Below, one piece after another: positions 38,459 to 50,200 of a stretch of 64,000 nt of DNA. Each line of letters opens with the position of its first letter. The first letter of the stretch is position 1. The translations under genes and the position numbers were made by a program. This stretch comes from Phallusia mammillata. Lineage: Eukaryota. The notes under the pieces are model-generated. The model was not told the origin of the DNA. It worked only from the letters and a program-made list of their open reading frames with translations, and ran no database searches. The stretch spans positions 3,348,001 through 3,412,000 of the forward strand of contig OZ281496.1 of assembly GCA_965637545.1 (NCBI GenBank), in the 5' to 3' direction.

Positions 38459-41400
38459 ATGGTAAGTCTTTCATTGATCAGTGAGATTTTTCCGTCGTCC
38501 CAAAAATTAGCTCAGTAATTCCAGTTGTAACGCAGTTACCAGTTATTTATAGCATAGTTTTTTGCAAGAATTCCTATGTGAGATCTATGAAAATTAGAGA
38601 TTTTAAATGATGTGAGATTTTTTTATGTCCCGTTTGCTGGACGAAATTAGCAATATTTTTTACCAGCTTACATGAACCGTTGTCAGTAGATACGATTATT
38701 CTCTTTTGCGTAGATACGGTTAGACGTCCACTCTGGTGTTTCAAATTAGATTTAAAAACGCGCCTGCCAGATCTCAACTATAGGCTTCTTCCCACTAACA
38801 CTCCACACAAGGTTCCAACAGTTTACTTGTAACAAATCCCTTGCTGGCTTCAATTAGCAAGATGCAGTTTCTTCAACGGAAACCAGATGGATAAACTGGC
38901 GGACGGTTTTCAAAGGAAATATCAGGCCATAAACACAATAGAAAAATGCCGATCTAAACAATATAACCGTAGCTTTTGGACGAGGACTTTAAAACAGTTA
39001 CTTGTTGACGAGCTACGTCATACTGCAGGTAACAAAGTACACTTCAAATCAGGCATATTGTCACAACAAAAGGTTTAACAATACAAGACGATGGTTATTG
39101 GCGTAATATTGACAAAGATACAAAAGCAAACAAAACAACTTGGTCATGAATTGCTGGCAGACTTCAGACGGTAGACAAAGAATTAATTTGTAACTTAACA
39201 AATATATTACTATCATGTTTATGTGTTTTTCCTGCAAATTCCTTGAACATAAAACGTTTTTTTTAATGTTAAAATGTTTTTTTCTTTTTGACATATAAGC
39301 TAAAGACCTGTTTTTGTTTAATTTAGTTGAGAAAAAAGCGATAAGAATAAGTTTGAAGAAGGAAACAGGGCATCCCCCACCACTTACTATAATCCCTACA
39401 CCAGAAATTGGTGATGACGTGAGTAGAGTGGATAGAAGGTTTATGGTTTAGATCCTTACATACTAGAACTAGTTTGCAAATGACAACAAGGCGTAGGAGA
39501 CCGGCTTAACTTGGTATAACGCCTTATTGGGCCCGGAGTATTATGGTTTGTACATGAGTGTGCCGTGATCGCTGGTCTGCATGACCGCTACAGAATTCCA
39601 GTATGAATATATGTTTAACTAAGCTATGTTGTTTTTATTGCTAACTTTTAAATCTTAGGAATGGTCCTCTGCATCAACACTGAACGAGTTTTATATGCGG
39701 GTGAGAACATAAACTTCATTTGCTAACATTCGGAAATACCTGTATTATATTCGGAAATAACATTTGGAAATAACGATTATATTGTCGGGTGTGTTACCTG
39801 TCGTTACCTGTGACAGTCGCTTTTACATCTCAAAAGCAGCAATTTCGTAATTGGACGGAGTTTCATTTAGTATTACTACATTTACCAACAAGTAAATTAC
39901 GCTTTTTAGCGTGAGTAAAATGGATAACAAATAAGGTGTAAAATCGAACATAATTTATATGATCCAAATATAATTAACCAACGAAATACGAAACTGCGCG
40001 TTTTTATAATATCTCTGTAAAACTTATTTTGTGGTAAACCACTAAATCAATCCAGAAAACCTAATATTGATAAAAGATTCGACAAAAATAGTTAGCTGAA
40101 ATTGCGTGTTTTTTGTATTTTAAATGTATCATATTCAACCAAACTGACTTGAAAAATATAGCTTTTAAATACTATGTAAACTCCCAGAGATAAAACGTTG
40201 TAATGAATGTCCTAACACCGTGATGTGTTGTTTTCAGGAGACGGAGTCGGCACGTAGGAGGGTAAGTAAAAATTATTTGTGGTTTTAAAACATGCAACAC
40301 TGTTGATAGATAATGTCAATTTCAAAGACACATTTTACAAAAAAAAGTATGCTTGGGGTTGATAACTACCGGTAAATGTTTGTTGTGTATTTGGTTACCA
40401 GTTATATATTTGCTGGCTGTTACAAACCAACAAAAGACAAAAAGTTGTAATAATTTCGTGAACTCCATGTTTTGTTCCTTTCAGGAGATAGAGTTGGACT
40501 CGAGAGAGAAAGTGAGTAAAAATTTACGTTGTGCGGTAAAAACGCAAGTCTGTTGAGAGATAATTTCAAGTCCAAAGACAATATTGCCTTTCTTTTTATC
40601 CGCAGTACTTGCAACATCCCCAACTATTAACCACGCTAATGTCATGAAATAAAAGCAACGGCGTGCAGTCTCGAGAAAAAATACTACATCATCATCATTT
40701 TATTTTCAGTTGCGTACGCGGTTGTTGCATGCAAATAAAATATAATAGGCAAGCAACTGGTGGATGGCGAAGGGACCATATAGGTCATCAAGTCAGCCAC
40801 CCGTGTACAGAAATAATAATAAATAGGCAAAAAGGCTCTAATACAGCGCTTCCCAACATTTATGGTGCGTGTCCCCTTCATAACTTTATCCCCTTCATTT
40901 TCCAAGTTGTGCCGACCCGAAGAATAAAATTAGTTTGCTATTTTACAGTTACATTTAAATATCCGAAAATTTAATCCGCACTATACTTTTTTTCCCTAAT
41001 CCTTGTTTTTCGATTCATTAATGGTAGTCTAAACTGTTACAAATTACATTTTAGTTTAGTTGACTTTAGTTGAATTTCTGATAAAATTCGTATTGTAAAT
41101 AACGCAACAAATAACGTAATATTTCCTTATTTATGCTGTCCATTATTAATGCTTCGGATAATTTTATATAAATGCTGGCAATATTCTTTACCGCCAATAT
41201 GCTTTACCGCCAATATGCTTCGGTAAAAATGAAAAAGAATCCATAAAACGTCTTAAAGTTGATATTTTTGGTGTAAACTCAATTCATGCTTAGATCTCTG
41301 TGAGAAAAAAGTTAATTTGTATTATTTTTACATATCTATCACACCGATTTCGCAGAAAAAAAAACTAAATATTAAATTTGTGAAATCTATAATCAGTCAT

Positions 41401-42942
41401 ACCAAAAACATAAGTCGAACCAAAGCGGCCTGATGTAAAATTTATTTTTGACTATGAATATGACATAATCAACAACAACGTTTGGCGTTACATGATCCGA
41501 TACAGAATAAAGTCATCTAAGAATCAATGAACAAAAACCAAGAACAGAGTTCATAATGTAAAGAACAAGTTTGTTTCGAGATAAAGCAAGCACAGCAAAA
41601 TGTGTCCTGTGTTAGAGGGAAATGCCCGGAAAGATTCCTGACGTGGGTTCAAATCCCACAACAGGCTAGATTTGTTTGTCTTTGCCTTGTCGGATGGGAA
41701 TGCTTGGGAGACCGACTTAACTCGATATAATGCCTCATTGTGCCTGGCGTACTATGATTTGTATGTGAGATTTTTCGTGATCGAAGGTTTGCATGAACGC
41801 TTCAGAATCCAGTAGGAATGTATGTTTATCTTAGCTAATTTGCTTTGATTGTTAAGTTTTGATTCTCAATAGCTCTCCCCAGCACCAACCCTAAACATAA
41901 ACACTTTGCAACTTAGCTCAAAATGCAAAGTAATTATGTGTTGATAGCCAAAACGTTCTAAACGTATCTATGTAGAAGAACGTCACTGAAACTTATAAAG
42001 AAACCATCCAAGTAAGAAGCAAAAGAAAAACATTCAGGGTTTATATCTCCTCCCGACCTTTGTAATAAAAGCCCAAAGATTGCGTTTTGTATTGTTCAGG
42101 AGGACGTTTATGAGTTCGAATTTGACATGCCGGTAAGTAAAAAAATTACTTCTAAAGCAGTAAGTATGCCTGACCACTTTTTGACCATCATGATTTTGCC
42201 AGTTCGAATTTTCAACCTTTTATCTGCAAATTTTTTTTAAAAGTTTAATTAAAAACCAATATGGAAACTATCAATCTAAATCTAAAATCTAAATCGTGTT
42301 TGTTACGACAAAAAACACACGATGGCGTTCAGACCCCTGGAGGAACAATGTCTGAGAGTGCAACCAGTTTTTTTGATATTCGTAATTTTTTATTCTTTTC
42401 TTTTTAGCTTCCGCGTTTCAGGCGATCATCGTCCAGCTCGTCTGAAGAGGTACAGTCACCAAGTAGTACAACCCTTGGCTACAAACATAATTCTATTTTA
42501 GTGAAACGATTTTTAGGTGTAATTTATTCCGTATTGCTGAAACAAGTGTTCCATATTTCAAGTCATGTTGGTCTTCAGTTAATGCACAAACTGTTGGAGT
42601 TATTCAAAAGTTGTTTAGAAATGCAAACTTAAGACACATTGAAAATTTCAGATCAAATTTTCTTGTCTAGATATATGTAGAAAATATCGTGGAACCTCCA
42701 CACAACGTAAACCGACCACTTCCAAACCAAGGTAGGAAATATAACTCGACGAATGCCCGCATATCTACTTTTTGTTCAACTTTTGTTTGCCAATAAGTAG
42801 ATATTTTTTTGGCCTATTTGCATTTGACATTTTTGATCCTGCTGCACCCCCAGCAGAAGAACCAGCTCAAACAGATGGCGATGATGGTCGAAACCCGTAC
42901 GATCAGTTGAAACCAGAACAAAACCAACCTCATAACAATTAA
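38459..42942 (+). CDS. Micro-exon gene, family member 3 (terminal exon 1 nt out of frame as assembled)
   Basis: CCACAATG|GTAAGT at 38459-38461; phase-0 exons 40238-40261, 40485-40511, 42100-42132 and 42408-42449 (candidates 39362-39418, 39659-39700); 42671-42731; terminal exon about 42801-42942 encoding [40 protein letters not shown], clearly paralogous to genes 1 and 2. Confidence 0.55.
39494..39660 (+). mobile_element. SINE body fragment
   Basis: Similar to 41700-41870, to about 36505-36600 and to the reverse complement of 63870-63960. Confidence 0.6.
41620..41870 (+). mobile_element. tRNA-derived SINE
   Basis: B-box-like GGTTCAAATCCC followed by a body (GGGAATGCTTGGGAGACC) shared with 63870-64000 (-). 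Confidence 0.7.
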
Positions 42943-44266
42943 TGTTTGTATCGACGTAATTAAACCATGCAGCACCAAGGAAAAAGGAAAGTTCTGCAAT
43001 AAGTTTTTGCACCTATTAAAAGATTAAACGGTCGAACCAAACAATTATACAAATGGGCTCAAAACTGCAGCACCATGCGCACCAGTCGTACCTGGCAAAT
43101 ATTTAGTTACATTGTGTCCTTCCAAACAAAGCGAAGTTGTTGTACGTACCTTACCGTATTACATTATTTTGACCGAAAGTATTCTCGATTGACCATTTAA
43201 CATTTAATTAATTAGAATGTAAAATGGATCAGACAATAAAAATCCAAACCTGCAAAATAGCATGTCAAATGATTATTTGTTTGTGAATAAAATATAACAT
43301 GTAGAATGATTATTTGTTGTTTTGTGAATATATTGATTCAACTGATTATAGATGTTTGCAGAAGGTTGGTTTGTATCTAAAACTAAATAAAACGTTGGAT
43401 ACAATCGATAAACTAGGTGGAAGCATTAAGTTGTACAATCAATCGTATACAGTCATCGAAAGAAACAATCCCAACTTGCAAACCAAATCCACCACAAATA
43501 AGCTTGTTAAGATTATTTCCTCTCTACATCCAAAAACTTTTTTAAAACTTAACCGGTAAATGTTTTGACCATAAAACTTTATTCCGCCTATGACTGCCAT
43601 TTCTAATCTTTCAGTTCTGTTAGTTGTTCCCATACATTGTGCAAATTTAGCAATTATTAAAAAATAGCAAGTTTAACTCATAATTAAATGTTTTGACTAT
43701 AAAACTCATTGTGCCTGTGATTGGAATTTCTAAACTTTCATTTCAGTTTTATTTAATGGTTTCCATGAATTGTGTAAATTCAGCAATTATTTTGAAAAAA
43801 GCTCGTTTGAAAGAAAGTAAAATTGTGTAACAGGCAAAAAAGTTGAGAACAATCTTTCAAACTTCGTAATATTTCCTATCACAATTTAATTAGGAGACAC
43901 ATGCTACTCTGAACTGCAGTTCCATGGTTAACCATGGTTAATTCAAACGTGTCAAGCGCAAATGTAACTTTGGTGGACATATAACGAACACACACACACA
44001 GTATCAATTGCATCCGATTATATTGTTCTACAGTCATACAAACAAAAACACTTTGACAAGCCATTTTTCGGACAACAATAAAGCAGTAAATATTACATGT
44101 ACTGTAATGACTAGTTTTAAAACCTCTAGCAAATTTAACAAGCAACGAATTTTAGAATAAATTGCGGAATAATTTGTTGTTTCGAAGAAAATTTTAAGCG
44201 TTTTTATGTCGTGAGAAACAATTCAATGTTGAGCATTTCTGACATTTCATCCACAGATCAATTTGT

Positions 44267-47200
44267 TTATATTCTACTGTAGATCTTGGGCATTTTTGCC
44301 CATACGAGGGAACCGGCTCCGATAATTATAGCAGCCAGAAGAACAAACATCACAAGTTGGAAGATGTTGTAAGCGGCATCATTTACTTCATCTCTGTCTC
44401 CTGGAGTGTCTGCGATAAAAAGAATGTTTAACTTAGATAAACATATATGTGTGCGAAAGCATTTGATACTGGAACTAGAGATTAACACCTCAGACAGACT
44501 AAAAATAATGCCACTCTTGTATACACTTGGAAGTGGGCCAAGCTTGCGAGAGATTGAAAGCCAATACGAGAAGTAACTTTAAACTTTGATTCCTGGTTAA
44601 GGCAATGTCGAGTATGTTTCTTACACACAAAACAAAACGAAAAAGTGACTTTAGGAGTCAAGCTATGCATAAGTTTGCCAAGATGGTCGAGTTGTAAGTA
44701 AAACCACTTGTGTTCAATAGTTTGTGGGTTCTAATACTGTCTCGGCAGCCTGTGTTTCCCTGGGCAAGAAACTTGATTTGCATTGCTCCAACCCAGTGAA
44801 AATCCACGTATTGCACTACATTAACGTCCCCTCCGCTATAACGTAGTTGCTATAAATCTAGCAGCTCGACCGTGGACTGACTGTTAGTTAACGCATTCAG
44901 GCGTTGCAGGCTCATCGAGGATTAAAATAAATAGAAACATGCGAATTATTTGATAATTGAGGCCTAATATAGCTGAAGTAAACATGTCCCCAAAGGTTTT
45001 AGTTGATAAATACAACAATTTGAGTAGTTGGAACATAAGCAACTAAAGTATTTGGTCCAGAACTAAGTTAATATGTAGGAAAGAAGAGTTTAATTATTGT
45101 CTTGGTACCTTGCACAAGCAAATACTTGGTAGTTTTCACGATACGAACTGGCCCCGCAGAAAGTCGTTGGCTGCGTCCATTGTTGTCAACAGATCGTCTT
45201 TTTTTCCCACCACACATCTTCAAATCAGTTTCATATTAATATTTTTTTTCATGTATATATATATATATACTATTAAGGATAAACAAAGCAGCTAAATGGA
45301 ATCAGAAAAAACTTAGGCATGTAATGGTTTTTCCCTGTTTATTTCAACTAAAGCAAACTTATTGGAGAATAAATTAATCGAATATAATCCACTTTACTTG
45401 CAATGATGCAAGCAGCTCGACGGCGGACTTATTATTAGAATACACACCACACAAACTCAATTCACCTGTCCAGGGCATTCTCCAGTCGAGTTTTGACAGA
45501 CGGTCACGTCGCAGTGGATGTAGATGAACTGTTCTGCATCAGTAAAGTTTGTCCACACAAAGCTCTTCAGCTTGAAAGTTGCAGAGTTGGATTCGTAATT
45601 TCGTATCAACATTTTTGCGCCGGCAACCTCACTTCCACTGGGTGGCGCAACACATCTAATAATATTTACAAAAATTTACGCAAGGTCAAATGCAATGTGC
45701 CGTTCAATATATTATGAGAAAGATCACACGTTGCAAATCAAACACAAGTAATGATGTAAAGCTTACCCGCTTACTACAACAGGGTAGTTCGGCAAACCAC
45801 TGGAGTTTTCAACGCGTGTCGCCCAACATTCTTCAAGCTGTATACAAAATGGTAAATAAATCAAATGTAGAAGCTCTATAGCACCCAAATGATGCTTACT
45901 GTAATGCAACAAGTGTAATGTGCATTTTTTATGAAACACGAACTAACATTTAGCAACCTCTGTTACCTTAATGCTTTTGTTTTTACCTGGACAATAAAGT
46001 CATCGTTGCTTGCAGAAATTTCATCAAGTTTCACTTCAGCAAAAATGTAGTTAGGCACAGTGACTTCTCCGGGAAAGCTTTCGTTGAAGTATTGGTTGGA
46101 AAAGAGATTTAAAGCAACGTCAAAGTTTCCTGTATTCTCAGCAGAAGTTTCAATGGATCTGTAACAAACTTCTACGTTTGAGAAATAAATGGACACGTTC
46201 CTGAGGAATTAGTCACATCAATAGACGTCATTTACTGTTTTTGACTTCACCGTTTATTTTCCGAGTTGTTTGACTAGCACTAATAACAGAATACAAATTA
46301 ATCAACAGACCGTTGGAGTCTCTGTGCCATGTTTGGCATGTGCTTACACATGCAATGACATGTGTCATGATTATAGTTTGCATTCTACGTGCTTTGCAGC
46401 ATGTTACATCTGCTATTGCATTACATGACAAGTATTATGTATATGTTTTGCATATTGTGCGCTTTGTTGGCATGTGACATGTTTGGCATGTGCCGTAGAT
46501 GTCTTCTTACCCGGCTTGTGATTGGACGTTGGATGACGAGAGAAGTAGTTCCGAGTCAAACAGACAAGTGACATTGAGCCTGTTTTGAACGTCGCGTTGG
46601 ATCACTGCTGGGGACGGAGCTAGGAATCTCCAGATAAGGAAGAACACCGACACCTTTCCGTTCTCATTCTGTTAATAAATAAATAAAAAATATTTTTAGA
46701 AGGGTAGCAAGAAAGTTGACAGCAATAAAAAGCACCAAAACTTAATCGTAACTACTGTGGACGAAATGAATATGTGTCGATACATGGTGATGCCTGCCTG
46801 TATTTTTACTAAATGACATGTTGGGTGGAAGTGGCTCGATGAAGAAAACAGAAATGAGTTTTACCTGATAGAGGCCTTCGCATTGTCCAATGTCAAACAC
46901 GAACACCGGGTCTGACCCCGTGACCTTGCAGTTGTCATTAAGTTGAGAAAGGGGAGTTTGCCTGTCCAGTGCGATGTAAAGTGTGTCACCGTGTTCGTAA
47001 TCTAATGTGTTCTGTTCATCAGCTGTTACTCTGCGAATGATGGCTTTATTAGTTTACATGGACAACTATACAATACTGGAAACACGCCATCGCCAAATAA
47101 AATGACTATTTATCAGTATTTAGTCAGCTGCGCAACGTTAAAACGTTGTGGAGTGCAAGACAGTGAGGATTCCACTGCTGGACAATTACTGAGCGCGCAG

Positions 47201-50200
47201 TAGCTTGTAATAAATGTTTCCTGCTTAAGGCGAGAGTTCTATTAAGTGACTTTATTGTTCAGGATTTCAAAAATAAACAAAAACATGCCTAAAAGCAAAG
47301 ACAAACTTACGCGATGGTCAAGTCTTTGGTCCTGCACACACTCATTGATTGTTCCATTCCTACAAAGAACTATTAGTTTGCATGTAAGATGTGGTTCTTA
47401 ACCAATTTATTTTCGTTACCCATTAGAAGAAACCGGGGAGTTTTAACAACGTAAAAAAATTACGGCTTGTCGAAAATTGTTAAATGGCCACATACTGGTA
47501 AATCCATAAGTTTTAATTCCTGAAAAAGACTCGGAGTTTATTTTATGAACATATAAACTGTTAGAAACTGTCCCTCCTACAAATTACTGCTCAAACTAAG
47601 ATTTTTCCTGTTGTTGAAATTTGAGTTCTACCTGATTCAATGTTGACTGTCGCATTAAATCCCTGTGCTTGACCGCTTACGTCGCTGACAAAGATTAATG
47701 TAAGAATTGTTGCAGTAACTGTATGATTCAACCCCCCAATATAATTTCCAGTCAATCTTTCCACATTACCTTCTTCATTCTGGAACTGAAAATAAAATCA
47801 CCGACCAATGTATAAACCAGTGAACAAGTGTGATGTATGTTGTTGTTATAAAAGCTCAAATGTATTTTTTGGTTTGGGTTCAGTTTTTGTTTCGCATCTA
47901 AATTCATGCTCAGTCAAATTAATTTCATCGTTTTATATTGGCAGATCTAACTTTAAACAAAAATTCTGTCTTGTTTAAAAATCGGGTGATGCCTGGTTTT
48001 TGGTTCTTTAGTGGGATTTAACGAAAATGACAAAACGACAATCACTTACGTAAAGAAAGTCGAATCCATCCTCGATGTTATAAGTGGAGAATTGAAACAT
48101 CAAGGACGAGCTGCTTTGCAATTGAAATCTCCAAACACACCCAGCACAAGCGGAGTAGTCACCCGGAAACATAGGAGATAACAAATTATACGGCAGGCTG
48201 TCAACATCTTCACCACACTCTTCAGCTGAATTGCACATAAAGCGTCAATGGTTGATAGTTACGCTGCGGACGGACAGTGCAGATGGTGCACAAAACTTTG
48301 GTTTCTAAACAATTGCCAAATTACTTATGCTTTCAAATCTACTCTGTGTTATGTAAGCTGGGGTGCCGTGTGGCCAATCTCTTGTCACCAGCTGCACTGA
48401 AGAGACGACAAAGGTTAAAACAGAATTAACAAGCTGGATCTAAATACACAAAATACATTTTGCAGACTCCCCAAATGGTGGGTGGTCAAGTACATGATCT
48501 CATATTTTAGATTAACACATAGTTAAGCTTTTCCGTAAACATCCGACTTACCGGGATCTATAAACACTTTTATTTCGACTGTTGTCAGGTTGAGGACACA
48601 TGATACATAGACAGACGAGCTTTCAACGATAACCGGAAAAGATAAGCCTCCACCTAACAACGTACCAGCCAATGTGCCCGAATTGTCGATTCCCTCGTAT
48701 ATCTAGATTAAACCTAGATTGTATCTTAGTCAAAAAACATTTACAATTTTAGCAAAAAACATTTAACGCTCTTTTGGTTTGATGTGCTACTTCAATGTAG
48801 GTTTTTTCTAGCCTTTTTTGTCCACTTAGATCTTACCTAATGGCACAATAGTAGGTCAGAGGCAATCACATACATACATTAGCAAACATAGGATATCACA
48901 AGTTACTTGTGTGGGTTCCAAAATCAACCAAATTAATGCCCATGTTCCAAGTTATCCAATGCAAAAGTGCGTAAATAAGCATAAAGTGAAGATGTTAAAC
49001 ATTTGAAAGATTAAAATCACAAATTTAGTAATAGATCAAAACCATCAACAACATGGCTTAAACTGACGATCACTGTTTGCCTTTTTAACTAGAGTACAGT
49101 AAAACCAATGGACGATAAAATCCTTGGTTTAGCATTACACCAGTTGAACGACAAATTTGGTAAAATGCAACCTGGTGGACGAAACACTTGTTCGGTATTT
49201 TCTGAGGATCTTAATGCAACTTACAAACAAAACCATTACCGACCCAAGTCATAATATACGAAATTCTACCTGACAAAAGTTGTTTGTAGCAAGCTCTCCT
49301 GAAGGAAAATAAGCAACCAATCTAGGGAAGTCGTCTCGGGAAACAAAACTAATAGTCCACGTGTCACATATAGCTGGAATATATTCAGTCAGTCGTGAAG
49401 AGATTGCTAGCCCAACATCACACCGTGCATCTGAAACTTAACATTGCATTTGCCAATAAGACAAAATTGAACCAATCCAAAAAATATATATTAAGGTTAA
49501 ACGAAATATGCCCTTTTCGTATTTTTATGGTTAAACGAATATGCCCCTTTTCGTACGTTTCGTATTTGTTTACAAATATTTCAACAGTTTTGATACAATT
49601 AAACATTTCTACGTTTAAGAACAGATATTGATTAGTTTTTCTTTTCAATTTTGTTTCCTGGTACGGCAGAGCACTGAAATTTCTAAGATTGAAACAGTAT
49701 GGGTGCATTGTGCTGTTGTCAAACGAGGATTGTCTTCTCAATTTCGGGATTTTAGTTAAGAAACGGATTAAATATAGGTAATATTTATTGGGAATGGAAC
49801 GTTCAATACTAAAAGAAAAAGGAACAGTGATTGTTTGAGTATTTATCTGAAGTGAATCGAAACACGCCGCATAAGACGAGAGTGAAATAAAGAGAAAAGA
49901 ACCGTTTGAGGGTGAAGGTTCGTGATGTTCTGGGCGAAAAAAATCACCAGGAACGGTGATGGCACAACCGTAAACAAGTTCGGCCGATGAAGCCAGCAGG
50001 TATTTTTTTGGAGCTGTGCGAATACCAAACTCAACTTAACCTATGGTGGTCCCCTTGCCGACACCAAATCTTCTATGGTTTCGTTTATGCCCATGAATCT
50101 GTCCCTCCGTGTCACTCTCAAGATTGTTCTGAGGCATTTCATTTTAAACTCCAGCAGAGCTGTTAACTCCTGTTCTCTGAGAGTTCAAGACTCAGAACCG

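Noticed and set aside
41620-41670. tRNA gene
   Set aside because: B box only, no cloverleaf; continues into a SINE body. The same applies at 60380-60455 and 63960-64000.
43560-43750. About 130-bp diverged direct repeat between convergent genes
   Set aside because: Short AT-rich local duplication with no further signal.
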